Below, piece after piece: positions 51,238 to 60,800 of a stretch of DNA of 64,000 nucleotides. Each line of letters begins with the position of its first letter. Positions within the stretch are counted from its first letter, which is position 1. A program made the position numbers and the translations under genes. Location of the stretch: NCBI GenBank assembly GCA_963807395.1, contig CAWEBW010000017.1, positions 13,187 through 77,186 of the forward strand. Direction: 5' to 3'. A model generated the notes under the pieces. It was not told where the DNA came from and made no database searches. It saw only the letters and a program-made list of their open reading frames with translations. This DNA comes from an uncultured Acidimicrobiaceae bacterium. Lineage in GTDB: Bacteria; Actinomycetota; Acidimicrobiia; Acidimicrobiales; Palsa-688.

Positions 51238-51589
51238 GACCGGCCAGAGGCAGTCTGGTCCCCCGTCGCGTAACGGCTCCGTAACGGCTAACTGCGGGGC
51301 GTGTGAGGCACCGCTGCCCCCGGGCCGCTCAGACCGCCGCTGGTGCAGTGACGGCTGCCGTCAAGCTGGCCACCGCCGGCGCCATGCCAGCTCGCTAGAG
51401 CCGCCTTCCCTCCCGCCTCTCCGCCCCCGCCGGCCGGCGACGGTGTACCTGTGCCCGTCTTGCGACGCGCGTTACCTGGGGATCCAGAGGTGCCCCGAGT
51501 GCAACCTGTTCTGCCGGTCGATCGGTCCCGGCGGCTACTGCCCAGCCTGCGACGAGCCTGTCGCTTACCAGGAGCTGACCGCTGACTGA
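51224..51589 (+). CDS. Cys-rich zinc-ribbon protein
   Basis: CGACEAPLPPGRSDRRWCSDGCRQAGHRRRH plus CPSCDARY...CPECNLFC...CPACDEP. The start is uncertain. Confidence 0.4.
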   Translation: MWQPETGQRQSGPPSRNGSVTANCGACEAPLPPGRSDRRWCSDGCRQAGHRRRHASSLEPPSLPPLRPRRPATVYLCPSCDARYLGIQRCPECNLFCRSIGPGGYCPACDEPVAYQELTAD

Positions 51590-51934
51590 CGCCGTCGTCT
51601 TCGGACAAAAATCCCCTTCTGAAGACTTGACTTCCGTTAGGAACTCAATAGGAGTGAGGTGTGACGCTAAACGTGGACCCGGCGGCACGTCTTTCGTATC
51701 AACTGTTCTGCGGCCAGGTTGAGCCGCCCAGGTCCATGCTTACGGCGTCCCCTCTCTCGTCGTCAGAGAGGCCCCGCTGCCGCGAAGGATAGACGTCAGC
51801 CAGACGCGCCGACCTAAGCACTGCCTCGCCCGGGACTCGGCACGTGGTCGCTGAGGCCCCGCACGTCCAGACTGTTCAATGTTTGGGCGAGCAGGTGCAG
51901 GTCTCGGCAAAGGGTGGTCGTGTGGCGGTAGGTT

Positions 51935-51967
51935 GCCGTCTAGACGGCTAGACGGCGGCCGTCTAGT
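51935..51967. promoter_or_regulatory. Nested palindromes upstream of hicA (candidate operator)
   Basis: In GCCGTCTAGACGGCTAGACGGCGGCCGTCTAG, CCGTCTAGACGG is a perfect 12-bp palindrome. TAGACGGC-G-GCCGTCTA is a second one that shares the half-site. Confidence 0.4.
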
Positions 51968-52004
51968 AGAGTGGTGGAACGACCTTCAGACAGCTGGAAC
52001 GCTT

Positions 52005-52175
52005 ATGTTGCGACTCGGTTGCGTGGAGGTCCGCCAGAGCGGCTCGCACCTCATCGTGCGGTGTGGGTCATGCCAGACGGTCGTGCCCAGGCACGCAGGC
52101 GATGTCCGCCCTGGGACCCTGAGGAGTATTGAGCGGGACCTAGAGCCCTGCCTCGGGAAAGGATGGCTCCGGTGA
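52005..52175 (+). CDS. hicA: HicA-like mRNA interferase toxin (start uncertain)
   Basis: VRQSGSHLIVR...TVVPRHAGDVRPGTLRSIERDL matches the HicA core (GSH...vP.H...l..gtl..I). Confidence 0.6.
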   Translation: MLRLGCVEVRQSGSHLIVRCGSCQTVVPRHAGDVRPGTLRSIERDLEPCLGKGWLR

Positions 52176-52554
52176 AGAGGCTGACAGCGGTGTTCCAGAG
52201 AGATGACGAGGGTTTCTGGTTGGTAGAGTCGTCGAAGAACCCCGCGTCCACACGTACGGACGCACCCTGCCAAAAGCACGTGAACACATCGCTGATGCGG
52301 CCGCGCTTTGGTTTGAGCTGGATCCGGACGACGTGGACATCGTTGAAGACATCCGCCTCCCAGGACCGGTGAGGGCTCGGCTCGACCGAGCGCGCCGGGA
52401 GCGTGCGAAAGCGCAAGCCGCGCAGGAGACCGCAGCTGGCGCCACTCGCGATGCAGCCCGGGCTTTAGTAAACGAAGGGCACTTGAGCGTCCGCGACGCT
52501 GCTCAGGTTTTGGGTCTTTCGCACCAACGCGTCCAGCAGCTCCTCGCCAGCTAG
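52163..52554 (+). CDS. hicB: HicB-like antitoxin with a C-terminal HTH and an apparent frameshift near 52240 (C4 run)
   Basis: KRLTAVFQRDDEGFWLVE, then after shifting frame RVHTYGRTLPKAREHIADAAALWFELDPDDV, then LSVRDAAQVLGLSHQRVQQLL. Confidence 0.6.
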
Positions 52555-52852
52555 CCATTTTCGCAACCTGGTCCTGGTGGTGTCGATTGGCCACCAACTG
52601 GCCATGTCGTCAGCGAAGACCGAGAACGTCTTGCCCAAGGAGGCCCCGCGGTGACCGAATGCCGGGCAGGTGTTGCCCTCTGGGAGATGGTCATGTTCTC
52701 CCGGGGGAGGACTCCTCCGCTTAGATGGTCCCTCAGCGCTGTGCAGAACCTCCAAGCTGACCCTGCCAGGCAAAACAGCCGATGGAAGGGGAGATTGTTT
52801 GGGCTCACTCAGGAAGGGATAGCAAGAGATTTAGTCCTTGACCTGCGGTTTT

Positions 52853-52897
52853 GCGCGCTCGAAGGGATTCGAACCCCCAACCTTCTGATCCGTAGTC
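52853..52897 (-). repeat. tRNA-Arg(ACG) 3'-half fragment, copy D (att-like)
   Basis: The exact 44-nt core plus 1 nt. The right flank does not fold as a D-arm or 5' acceptor. It does contain GTCGNN motifs phased at 10 bp (52909/52919 and 52969/52979). Confidence 0.7.
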
Positions 52898-53649
52898 CGA
52901 CTCCGGGTGTCGATCGATGTCGCAGGAGGGCGCTAACCTGCGGGAATACTCGACTGTAGTCTATCGATGTCGGCGAGTGTCGAGGGTCTTGGCTGCCAAC
53001 TTGGCTGCCACTCCGGCGACATCTGGGAGACCGGCTCTCCTTGGTCCCGAGGATCTGACTCAGGGTCAGATGGTTGAAGGCAGTTGCCGTTTGGGCTCGT
53101 CATTATTTAGCCGTGGTCAGTAATGGTCGCTACCGCCAACCAGCGCGACACCCCGTCGTCGCTCGTAGGACGGGGCCTCAGCGAGCTCGAACATGGTCCT
53201 GATCGTCAGTCAAACCGCCTCTATCGCCGTGGGCCTCGTCGACCTTGTCGGGTACGACCCGCTGTTAGTGGCCGCCGCCATTGTGATCTCAGTCCCCGCG
53301 GTAGCGCGAGTCACACGACCGCCCGCCGTCGTGCCCGCCGCTGCCCGGCCTTGAAAAGGCGGCTCATGTGGCCTTCAGTGCCTCCCGGCGGCGCGTTGTC
53401 GCAGGTCAGAGGTGGTGTGCGTCCTCCGGCGACCGACCGCGATCGGCGGCGTCCGCGGGATGGACGCGGGATGGAATTGGACCTCCAGTTTCGGCTCTTC
53501 TACGACAGGCGCCAGCTGGCCTGGTGCTGGGCAACGAGCCAGGGAGCGATGTGAGCACCGCTGGGCTTGACAACTTCGCTACAAGTGATTCGCGTTCCCG
53601 TTAATGGGGCCCGAAAAGAGGTTCCCTCGCTCGTCTTCAGAGGCGCCAG

Positions 53650-54075
53650 TCACAGCTCGCTTCTGAGGTTGGTACGCGACAGTGCATAAATCCATGGACC
53701 GGGTGCCCCAAGGAGGCTTTCGATGGCCTCCCACCGGCTGGCGACAAGCTGCAACTGTTCCCATTTCGTCATGTTGTGCTTCCTGGTCGGACCGATGAGT
53801 CGCACGTGCCTAGCAGCAGAGGCGCGGATGAGTTTCACCTCATGCGGCCGTGTGCGCATGTGACGATCCTTTGTGATGACGATCCAGCCTTGAGAAGCAA
53901 CGATTGGTATCCACTGGTCGTCCTTAGCTCCCATCTGGATCGGGCTCGCAGGACGCGGCAGCCCATCGATACCTATGCCCCCGGGGTCTGATGTGTAGGT
54001 GATGTCTGCTCTGACCTGCACTAGAAGTTTCCCGAGCCCGCGGAGGTCCTGATCTACATAGAAACGGACGGGCAA
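53650..54075 (-). CDS. PIN-like domain putative toxin
   Basis: A 141-aa protein: VRFYVDQDLRGLGKLL...DDQWIPIVASQGWIVITKDRHM. It sits immediately downstream of a DUF433-containing gene. Confidence 0.5.
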   Translation of the reverse strand: MPVRFYVDQDLRGLGKLLVQVRADITYTSDPGGIGIDGLPRPASPIQMGAKDDQWIPIVASQGWIVITKDRHMRTRPHEVKLIRASAARHVRLIGPTRKHNMTKWEQLQLVASRWEAIESLLGAPGPWIYALSRTNLRSEL

Positions 54076-54088
54076 ACCTGGCGCCGGA

Positions 54089-54757
54089 CTATGCGGCCGC
54101 TACGAGCCGCGGTTTTTCGTAAGCAATCACTTCGGCCACCTCGGTGAGACCGAGATCGAAATCGCTCGCGACCATTTCGACGGTGTCGCCGCCCTCGATT
54201 TGGTCGATGATGGCCTCCGTCGGCACTCCGCGGACAGTCGCCATGCCGAATCGGACCTGTGGGTCGATCACGATCGACGACTCTGCCCCGGCTGGTCGGA
54301 CACGAACGACCTCGTCGTTTTCGAATTCGATCTTCTCCATAAACGACTCGGCAGGAGGAAGGAGAAGGATCTGACCGCCCTCGACCTGGAACATGGCCCA
54401 TAGGTCAGCAGGGAGTCTTGCTGACATCTGAGCGTCGATGAGAATCTTCCTACCTTCGCCGACCCACGGCCTTTGATGCGCTAGAGGGTAGGAGACACCA
54501 AGATGGTCTCTCGCCATCGCGATCCATGCTCGTAATTGAGAAAGCGCAACCCGAAGATCTCGCCGATACGCCAGGAGATATCGAGCCTCCACGAACTCCC
54601 CCCAGGTCACGATCGCGCTCCCGTTCGGCTCCTCACGCAAGACGGGGGGGTACGATCGTCCCCGCCGCTGGCCGCCTTCGAGCCACCACTTTAGAGTCGA
54701 CTCAGACATCTTCAGCACACTGGCAGCGAGCTGGATGTCGTAGAGCTTCTCGGTCAA
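54089..54757 (-). CDS. HTH plus DUF433-like putative antitoxin or regulator
   Basis: The N-terminus is MerR/excisionase-like (YDIQLAASVLKMSESTLKWW). The C-terminal part is IVIDPQVRFGMATVRGVPTEAIIDQIEGGDTVEMVASDFDL. Confidence 0.5.
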   Translation of the reverse strand: MTEKLYDIQLAASVLKMSESTLKWWLEGGQRRGRSYPPVLREEPNGSAIVTWGEFVEARYLLAYRRDLRVALSQLRAWIAMARDHLGVSYPLAHQRPWVGEGRKILIDAQMSARLPADLWAMFQVEGGQILLLPPAESFMEKIEFENDEVVRVRPAGAESSIVIDPQVRFGMATVRGVPTEAIIDQIEGGDTVEMVASDFDLGLTEVAEVIAYEKPRLVAAA

Positions 54758-55027
54758 GGACGGTTGTTGTCATGGGCGACCTCTGATCATGGTGTACAAC
54801 TCAGGTGCGCGCTTGCCGGGCGCCTGCCGCCTCCATCTTGGCGTAACCACGCCTCGCGGTGCAGTCTCTCGTACATACGTTCGGGTTTACCACGGCACGG
54901 GTACGCAACGCCAGTCGATTTTCTTGCGCTTACTCAACATGTGCGGGTCGTCGGCCAGCAGGAGTGTCCGAGGGCGTAGGCGCGCGATTGGCCTGGATAT
55001 CGGTGGCGACTACCGGTATCGGCCGTC

Positions 55028-55250
55028 TTGATGAGCGAGTACGCCAACCGCCACGACCGGGCCCGGCTGGTGGGCCTGGTGTTCTTCATGCAGGCCCTCG
55101 GCCTTATCATCGGCCCCCTCGTCGCCCTAGCCCTGCTCGAGGCCCACGTCGGCAGCGAGCTCACCTGGCGCCTGCTCCTCGGCCTGGGCGCGCTACCGGC
55201 GTTGGGGGTCATCCATCTGCGCTCTAAATCCCCGAGCCCCCCGCTTCCAG
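55028..55250 (+). pseudogene. MFS transporter internal fragment
   Basis: RARLVGLVFFMQALGLIIGPLVALALL...WRLLLGLGALPALGVIHLR is a typical MFS loop/TM segment. There is no remainder on either side. Confidence 0.45.
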
Positions 55251-55749
55251 TCGATAGTGCAGGGCCACGCTTCTCAAGCGGCGTGCTAATCCGAAGCGGC
55301 AAGCCCAGATCGATCCCAGAGTTCCTCGTCTAACGAAGTACCGCCGCTTGGGCATCGGGACATCGAGCCGTTCGCGCCGCCTTTGCCCTTTTCCCTGGCG
55401 ACACCAGATGGTTTCAGCTGGTCTCGGCCTCTGGCCCGATGCGTTCAAGTTCCGCCCGGCACTCCATCAGGTGGGGCAGGAACTCCCGCATGACCTCCTC
55501 GTGGTCGGGCGGCATCTCAATGCGCCGGTCGCTGTAGGCGAGGAGCCCGGCGGGGTCGGGGAACGAGGCTGGCCAAGGGTCATGGAATTCTGCAGCGTCC
55601 AATTTGACGCGTGTTATGTCGTGAATTTAGCAGTCGATTTCCTAGCAGTTGAGTGTTCCCTACCGTCGACCGGAGCTACCTGAGTCACGCCGCTGGCGGT
55701 GTTCTGGATGCTTCTTCGGTTGCATCCGCGACGGCATCTGCCGGGTGGG

Positions 55750-56010
55750 TCGCATCGTTCACGCCGTGAGTGGCCTCGACCTGCGTGATTACTTGATGCC
55801 GCGGCTGTTCGGGCCACTCGGAATTGGGAACCCGCAGTGGCACCGTTGCCCACTGGGCTTTCCGCTCGGAGCCGTTGGTCTATTCCTGCAGACCGAGGAG
55901 ATCCGCGGCTCGGGGAAACGTTGCTCAACCGCGGACGCTTCTGCGGCCGTCAACTCTTCTCCACCGAATACGTCCATGTAATGGTCAAGACACCACGCCG
56001 ACCGGCCGTC
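55750..56010 (+). pseudogene. Serine hydrolase (beta-lactamase-related) C-terminal fragment with a frame shift near 55905
   Basis: VSGLDLRDYLMPRLFGPLGIGNPQW...GAVGLFLQTEEI, then after shifting frame RLGETLLNRGRFCGRQLFSTEYV. Confidence 0.4.
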
Positions 56011-56472
56011 CGGATCCGGACAATCAGACCTACGGCTTGCACTGCTGGCTCTGAGCTCGCGACAGTGCCTGGCGAATGGATGGCTTGTACGGCCATTCAA
56101 CATCATGCTGCCCAGTCACCGGGCGTGCATCACCGTTACCGCCCACTACGAACAACCGACGACAAACATCCTCGACGCAGTCTGGTCCGAACTCGTCCTG
56201 AGCCTGTGCCCCTGATCGTCGACTCGACTGCGCACATAGGTGCCGATCGGGGCGCCCCGGCCCCGGAGGCGGCAAGGTGGCTGTGCAGCGACCGCGGCCG
56301 GACGCACAACCGCGACTGGTTGTTCGCCGAGCACCGAAAGCACCCCGAAAAGTTGCCAACCGGGTTCCGTGATAAAAACGCAGCGGCAGCGAGCCGACGT
56401 TCTGGTCTGGCCCGGCGGGCGGCTGCATGCCGGACAGTTCACAGCCGCGGGAGCAATGTGCCATCCTCGGGC

Positions 56473-57678
56473 GTGAGCACTGATCGAATCGAGCGTTACG
56501 CCGACCTGATCGTGCGGGTGGGGGCAAATGTCCAGCCCGGGCAGACGGTTTACCTGGCCGCTGACGTCGCCCACCTCGAAGTCGCACGGGCCATCGCCGA
56601 GAGGGCCTACGAGGTGGGGGCGTTCCGCGTCATACCGGAGTTCCGCGACGACCACGTTCGGCTCTCGGCCCTCCGGCACCCGCCGCTCGAGGGCTTGACG
56701 ACAGCGACCGATTGGGAATGGGCGCGCGCTCGGGCTCTGGACGACGCCAGCGTCGCGTCGATCGTGTTGACCGGGGCGGCGGACCCTCACCTGTTCGACG
56801 GCCTCGACCCGTACCGGCTGGCAGCCATCCCGGTCGAACTGGCGCACGAGTGGGTGAGGGCGGTGTTGGCCGGCAACCTCGCCTGGACGGTGGCGGCCGC
56901 CCCCAATCCCGGGTGGGCCGCTCAGGTTTTCGGCGAGCCTGACGTCGAAACGCTGTGGGAGGCCGTGTCGGTCCCCCTGCGCCTTGACGAGCCGGACGTT
57001 GTAGCTGCATGGCAAAGACATCGCGACCTGCTCATGCAACGGGCGGCGGCGATCAGCGCCCTCGACCTCGACGCGGTGCAGTTCCGCGGTGACGGCACCG
57101 ACCTGACAGTTGGCCTGTTGCCCGGAGCGCAGTGGCTTGGCGGCAGCCTGACGACTACCTCCGGAGTGGTGACGATGCCGAACATCCCGACCGAGGAGGT
57201 GCTAACCAGCCCCGACCGTTCTCGTGCGGATGGGACGATCCGCCTGACGCGGCCGTTGGTCATGCCGCGCACAGGCGCACTCGTGGAAGGGCTGGAGGCA
57301 ACCTTCGAGGCGGGCCGGATCGTCGAGGTGCACGCCGAGCGTGGTGGCGACGTCGTGGAGGCGGAGCTCGGGACAGACGAAGGGGCGCGCTCGCTGGGCG
57401 AGGTGGCCCTGGTGGACAGCAGCTCACGGGTACGAGCTGCAGGTGTCGTCTTCCATGACACCCTGTACGACGAGAACGCTGGCTCCCATGTCGCCTGGGG
57501 CCAAAGCTACCCGTTCGTGCTGCCCGACTGGCGCCAGCGGTCCGCCGACGATCTCTTTGAAGCGGGCCTCAATCGGTCAGCCGTCCACACCGATGTCGTC
57601 ATCGGCGGCCCCGGTCTGGACGTCGAAGGGCTAACCGCTGACGGCACCGTGGTGCCTCTGATCACCGACGACCACTAG
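56473..57678 (+). CDS. M29 family aminopeptidase (AmpS/PepS-like)
   Basis: GTG start at VSTDRIERYADLIVRVGANVQPGQTVYL, with later blocks PTEEVLTSP, EVALVD, YDENAGSHVAWG and HTDVVIG. Its TAG stop lies inside the terminal repeat of IS copy 2. Confidence 0.8.
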   Translation: MSTDRIERYADLIVRVGANVQPGQTVYLAADVAHLEVARAIAERAYEVGAFRVIPEFRDDHVRLSALRHPPLEGLTTATDWEWARARALDDASVASIVLTGAADPHLFDGLDPYRLAAIPVELAHEWVRAVLAGNLAWTVAAAPNPGWAAQVFGEPDVETLWEAVSVPLRLDEPDVVAAWQRHRDLLMQRAAAISALDLDAVQFRGDGTDLTVGLLPGAQWLGGSLTTTSGVVTMPNIPTEEVLTSPDRSRADGTIRLTRPLVMPRTGALVEGLEATFEAGRIVEVHAERGGDVVEAELGTDEGARSLGEVALVDSSSRVRAAGVVFHDTLYDENAGSHVAWGQSYPFVLPDWRQRSADDLFEAGLNRSAVHTDVVIGGPGLDVEGLTADGTVVPLITDDH

Positions 57679-57758
57679 CGGGAGTTTCCGGGCTACGGCC
57701 TGGCAAGGCCTAATTTTGCCTGCTCAGTAAGCATATTCAGCCAGTCGGCGTGTATTAC

Positions 57759-58115
57759 CTAACTGGGCCATGACGACGGCCCACTGACAGCAAGGCTGAC
57801 CTCGTCAATGGCGGGGAAGGGGTGAGCAGGGTTGTAGTTGTCCGCCGTCGCCCACGGGGCACTCATGTCGAGGAGCACGCGGTCGACCTCGTCTATGAAC
57901 AGGCAACGCCAGCGCTGGCGCGGGTCGGCAGGCAGGGCGCCGGTGCTCGTCTGGCCGCCGGTCTGGTAGCCGAGCAGCATCGGCCGGCCGGCTTTCCAGC
58001 CCAGGGCGTGAGGGCAAAGGAGCCGGCGACGACCGTGGTAGCTGACATGGACTGCTTGGCGTGCTCGGAGGGCCTCTTCGAGGACCGCCCAAGCCAAGGT
58101 GGTGGTGGCAGTCAT
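57759..58115 (-). CDS. IS-borne accessory protein (118 aa), homologue of 46081..46440
   Basis: VHVSYHGRRRLLCPHALGWKAGRPMLLGYQTGGQTSTGALPADPRQRWRCLFIDEVDRV. It overlaps the transposase stop by 4 nt. Confidence 0.5.
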   Translation of the reverse strand: MTATTTLAWAVLEEALRARQAVHVSYHGRRRLLCPHALGWKAGRPMLLGYQTGGQTSTGALPADPRQRWRCLFIDEVDRVLLDMSAPWATADNYNPAHPFPAIDEVSLAVSGPSSWPS

Positions 58116-59809
58116 GGCTGGCGCGGGGCGTAGCTGTCGAGGCCGAACAGCGCGTAAAGGCGCCGCTGGGTGGCGTCCATTTCAGTTGTTACACGGCGCG
58201 CTCGGGGGCGGCCCCGTTCTCCTTGGTAGAGGAGCACGGTCTCTTGGACCTCGGCCAAGGCGCCGAGCAGTTCCCGCACGCTCATCGCCAGCCCCGCCCG
58301 CGCCGCCTCCCGGGCCATCAGCCGGGCCACCATCAACGCCAGCACGCAGTAAAAGACATGGACGCGGATCTTCTGTTCGGTCCAGTGGAACATGGGCGAG
58401 AAGGACACCACCTTGGGGTCTTTCATCTGGCGGAAATCACCCTCGGCCGCCTCCTGGGAGCGGTAGTCGGCCACGACTTCGGCCGTAGTGGCGAGGTCTT
58501 TGCCTTTGTCGGTGACCAGCACCCGCTTGCCAAAGAACTTTTCTTCGAGCCGGGCCCGAGCCTTTTGGTCAGTGCGGTAGGTAAGGCGCAGCCCCGAGGG
58601 CTCCTCCCCGCTGAGGCTCGCCGAGACCACCTGGGAGGCCCAGCGGGGACGGAGGATATGGGCGATCTCCGCCTCGACCTTGGGTTTTTCCTTGCGGGCC
58701 TTGCCCCGGGCGAGGCGAGCCTTGAGCTCAGATAGTTGGCGGCGTGCTTTTGCCAGCGTCTGGTCAAAGCCCTCGGCTTGGTTCTCGTGCAATGTCTCTG
58801 AGTGGGTCACGACGACGCGCCGCTCGGCCCCGAGCACAGTCTTGGCCGCCTCAAAAGCGCTCAGCCCAGGGAAGCGCTGCTCGTCCACGGGCCGGTAGGC
58901 CGCCTTCCGGACGGCGAGCAGGTCGGGGTGGTCAGACGGCGGGAGCGAGCCGACGAAATGGAACGGGAGGCCGGCCAAAAGCTCGTAGTTGCCCTCCGAG
59001 TTCTGGCCGGCGTCAAAGACCAAGGTGAGCTGGCCCAGTTCGCCGGGCAGGGCCCCGAAACGGCGGCCGAGCTCTTCGGCCATCACTGGGAACTGGGTGA
59101 CGTCAGGGCGGTTGCCAGGGTAGGCGTGGGAGACGAGGGGGATGCCCCCGTCCGTGGACACGATGAGGCCAAGGCCGATTAGGCGTAGGTCGGAGCGTTT
59201 TTGCTTGGAGCGGCCGCGCTGCGCGATCGGGGCGCGGTCATTGCCGCTGTCGATCCAGGTGGCGAAGTTGGTCATATCGAGCACGAGGCCCGACAGCTCG
59301 ACGGCGAAGACCTCGACCATCCTGGCGACGATGCGGCGCTCGACCTCGGCTAGCTCGGCCTCGCCGATGGCGCCCATCGCCTCCCAAAAGCGCCGGTGGT
59401 CGAGGCCAGCTGGTGGTAGGCGCACGAAGCGGTCGGCCGCGGTCTTGGCCCACCAGTCCGCAAAGCCCAACTTCGAGCAGGGGTCGCAGACCCGGTTGAG
59501 GGTGGCCAGGGCGATGTAGGTCCCGACCGACGCCGAGGCATCGGCGCGCCGGGGCCCCACGACCTCGTCGACTATCTCGGCCACCTTTAGCCGCTCTAGC
59601 ACCGACCACACCGCGGCGACGTCGCCGAAAGCCAGGTGGCGTGTGCGGTCGGGCTCGCCCGGCCCCGTCTCGGCCAACCGGGCGACGATTTCTTCCGCCG
59701 GGCCGAGGTAACGCTGGGACACGATGCGGGGCTTGCCGCCCACCCGGGCGGACTCGACCAGGTAGTAGTAGGTCTTGTTGCCCTGCTTCTTGCCGACGAT
59801 CGATGCCAC
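58112..59809 (-). CDS. IS1634 family transposase
   Basis: A 565-aa ORF collinear with 46437..48128. Confidence 0.8.
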   Translation of the reverse strand: MASIVGKKQGNKTYYYLVESARVGGKPRIVSQRYLGPAEEIVARLAETGPGEPDRTRHLAFGDVAAVWSVLERLKVAEIVDEVVGPRRADASASVGTYIALATLNRVCDPCSKLGFADWWAKTAADRFVRLPPAGLDHRRFWEAMGAIGEAELAEVERRIVARMVEVFAVELSGLVLDMTNFATWIDSGNDRAPIAQRGRSKQKRSDLRLIGLGLIVSTDGGIPLVSHAYPGNRPDVTQFPVMAEELGRRFGALPGELGQLTLVFDAGQNSEGNYELLAGLPFHFVGSLPPSDHPDLLAVRKAAYRPVDEQRFPGLSAFEAAKTVLGAERRVVVTHSETLHENQAEGFDQTLAKARRQLSELKARLARGKARKEKPKVEAEIAHILRPRWASQVVSASLSGEEPSGLRLTYRTDQKARARLEEKFFGKRVLVTDKGKDLATTAEVVADYRSQEAAEGDFRQMKDPKVVSFSPMFHWTEQKIRVHVFYCVLALMVARLMAREAARAGLAMSVRELLGALAEVQETVLLYQGERGRPRARRVTTEMDATQRRLYALFGLDSYAPRQP

Positions 59810-60383
59810 ATTCTAGGTAATACAACTTCCGCCTGACTATAGCAAGGACCTGACCAGGGCAAACGCGCTGGTAGTGAGCCTTTTTTGAAAGTTCCTCGCG
59901 GAGGGTGGTTTAGGCAGCGAAATCAGTTAGCCCGGAAACTCCCGCTAGGTGTTGCCACTCTGAGCCCGAAGGCTATCTTCGGCGCTGAGTGTGTTCGGCG
60001 GCGAGGCGAGCGAGCTCGGCCAAAGAGGCACTAGTGCGTTTTTTTCGAGTGAACTGGCCAGGTGCTCGCAACCAGGTCTGCGTCCGAGCTATCGGGTTGC
60101 GACCTGGTCGAGGATGGTTGGGGCACCCCAGGGCAGGGTGCGGCTCGCAGACGGACGAGCGCGCCAAATCCCTTGCGGGCAGGTCGAACTGGGCGTCGTG
60201 GGCAGCGACGGCGCGATTATCGCTCCTGGCCAGGGTCGTCAAATCCGCCACCGTAGCATCGGGCATTGGGTGCCGACATCGCGAACGCGGGGCCACAGTA
60301 CGGACAAGGTCGGCACATCGACGTACCCCTCAAGGTCAGGGTGCCGCGGCTCTAACCAGAACTTTGACACGAGGAGGATGCCA

Positions 60384-60800
60384 ATGCCCTACCCGGCTGC
60401 CCGTCGGTTGGACGTGCTCGATGACTTCCACGGGACTCTTGCCTCGGACCCATATCGATGGTTGGAAGACGACGGCTCGGCCGAGACCGCGGCCTGGGTC
60501 GGCGCGCAAGACACCCTGGCCCGGGCCTTGCTCGACGGTTTGCGATGAACTTCGTGCCCGGCTGCGCCGGCTCGACGTCGGCTTCGTCGGCCTGCCAACT
60601 GTCCGGGGCGAGCGGACTTTCTACTTGAGGCGCGAGGCCGACCAGGACCTGGCCGTGCTGCGGGTGCAAGACGACGACGGCACCGAGCGGGCCCTGGTCG
60701 ACCCGAACGCCCTAAGCGCCGACCGCACCGTCACCCTCGACTGGTGGCTGCCGTCCTGGGACGGTGCCCACCTGGCGTACAAGCGCCTCGAACGTCAAAA
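60384..60800 (+). pseudogene. Prolyl oligopeptidase (S9A) N-terminal fragment with a frame shift near 60545
   Basis: MPYPAARRLDVLDDFHGTLASDPYRWLEDDGSAETAAWVGAQD, then ...TVRGERTFYLRRE...DPNALSADRTVTLDWW. The catalytic domain is absent. Confidence 0.55.

Larger units (their letters stand above)
57674..59949 (-). mobile_element. IS1634-like element, copy 2
   Basis: The ends are (A)CTAGCGGGAGTTTCCGGGCTA (57674-) and TAGCCCGGAAACTCCCGCTAGG (-59949). The two-gene organisation matches copy 1. By eye the copies are related but clearly diverged in both DNA and protein. Confidence 0.8.

Noticed and set aside
52853-52960. Copy D, or any of the four copies, as a complete tRNA-Arg gene
   Set aside because: The sequence to the right of each core diverges at the anticodon loop. 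For copy D the candidate 5' part (GCGCCCTCC...GGAGTCGGA) gives mismatches in the acceptor and anticodon stems and has no D-arm consensus.
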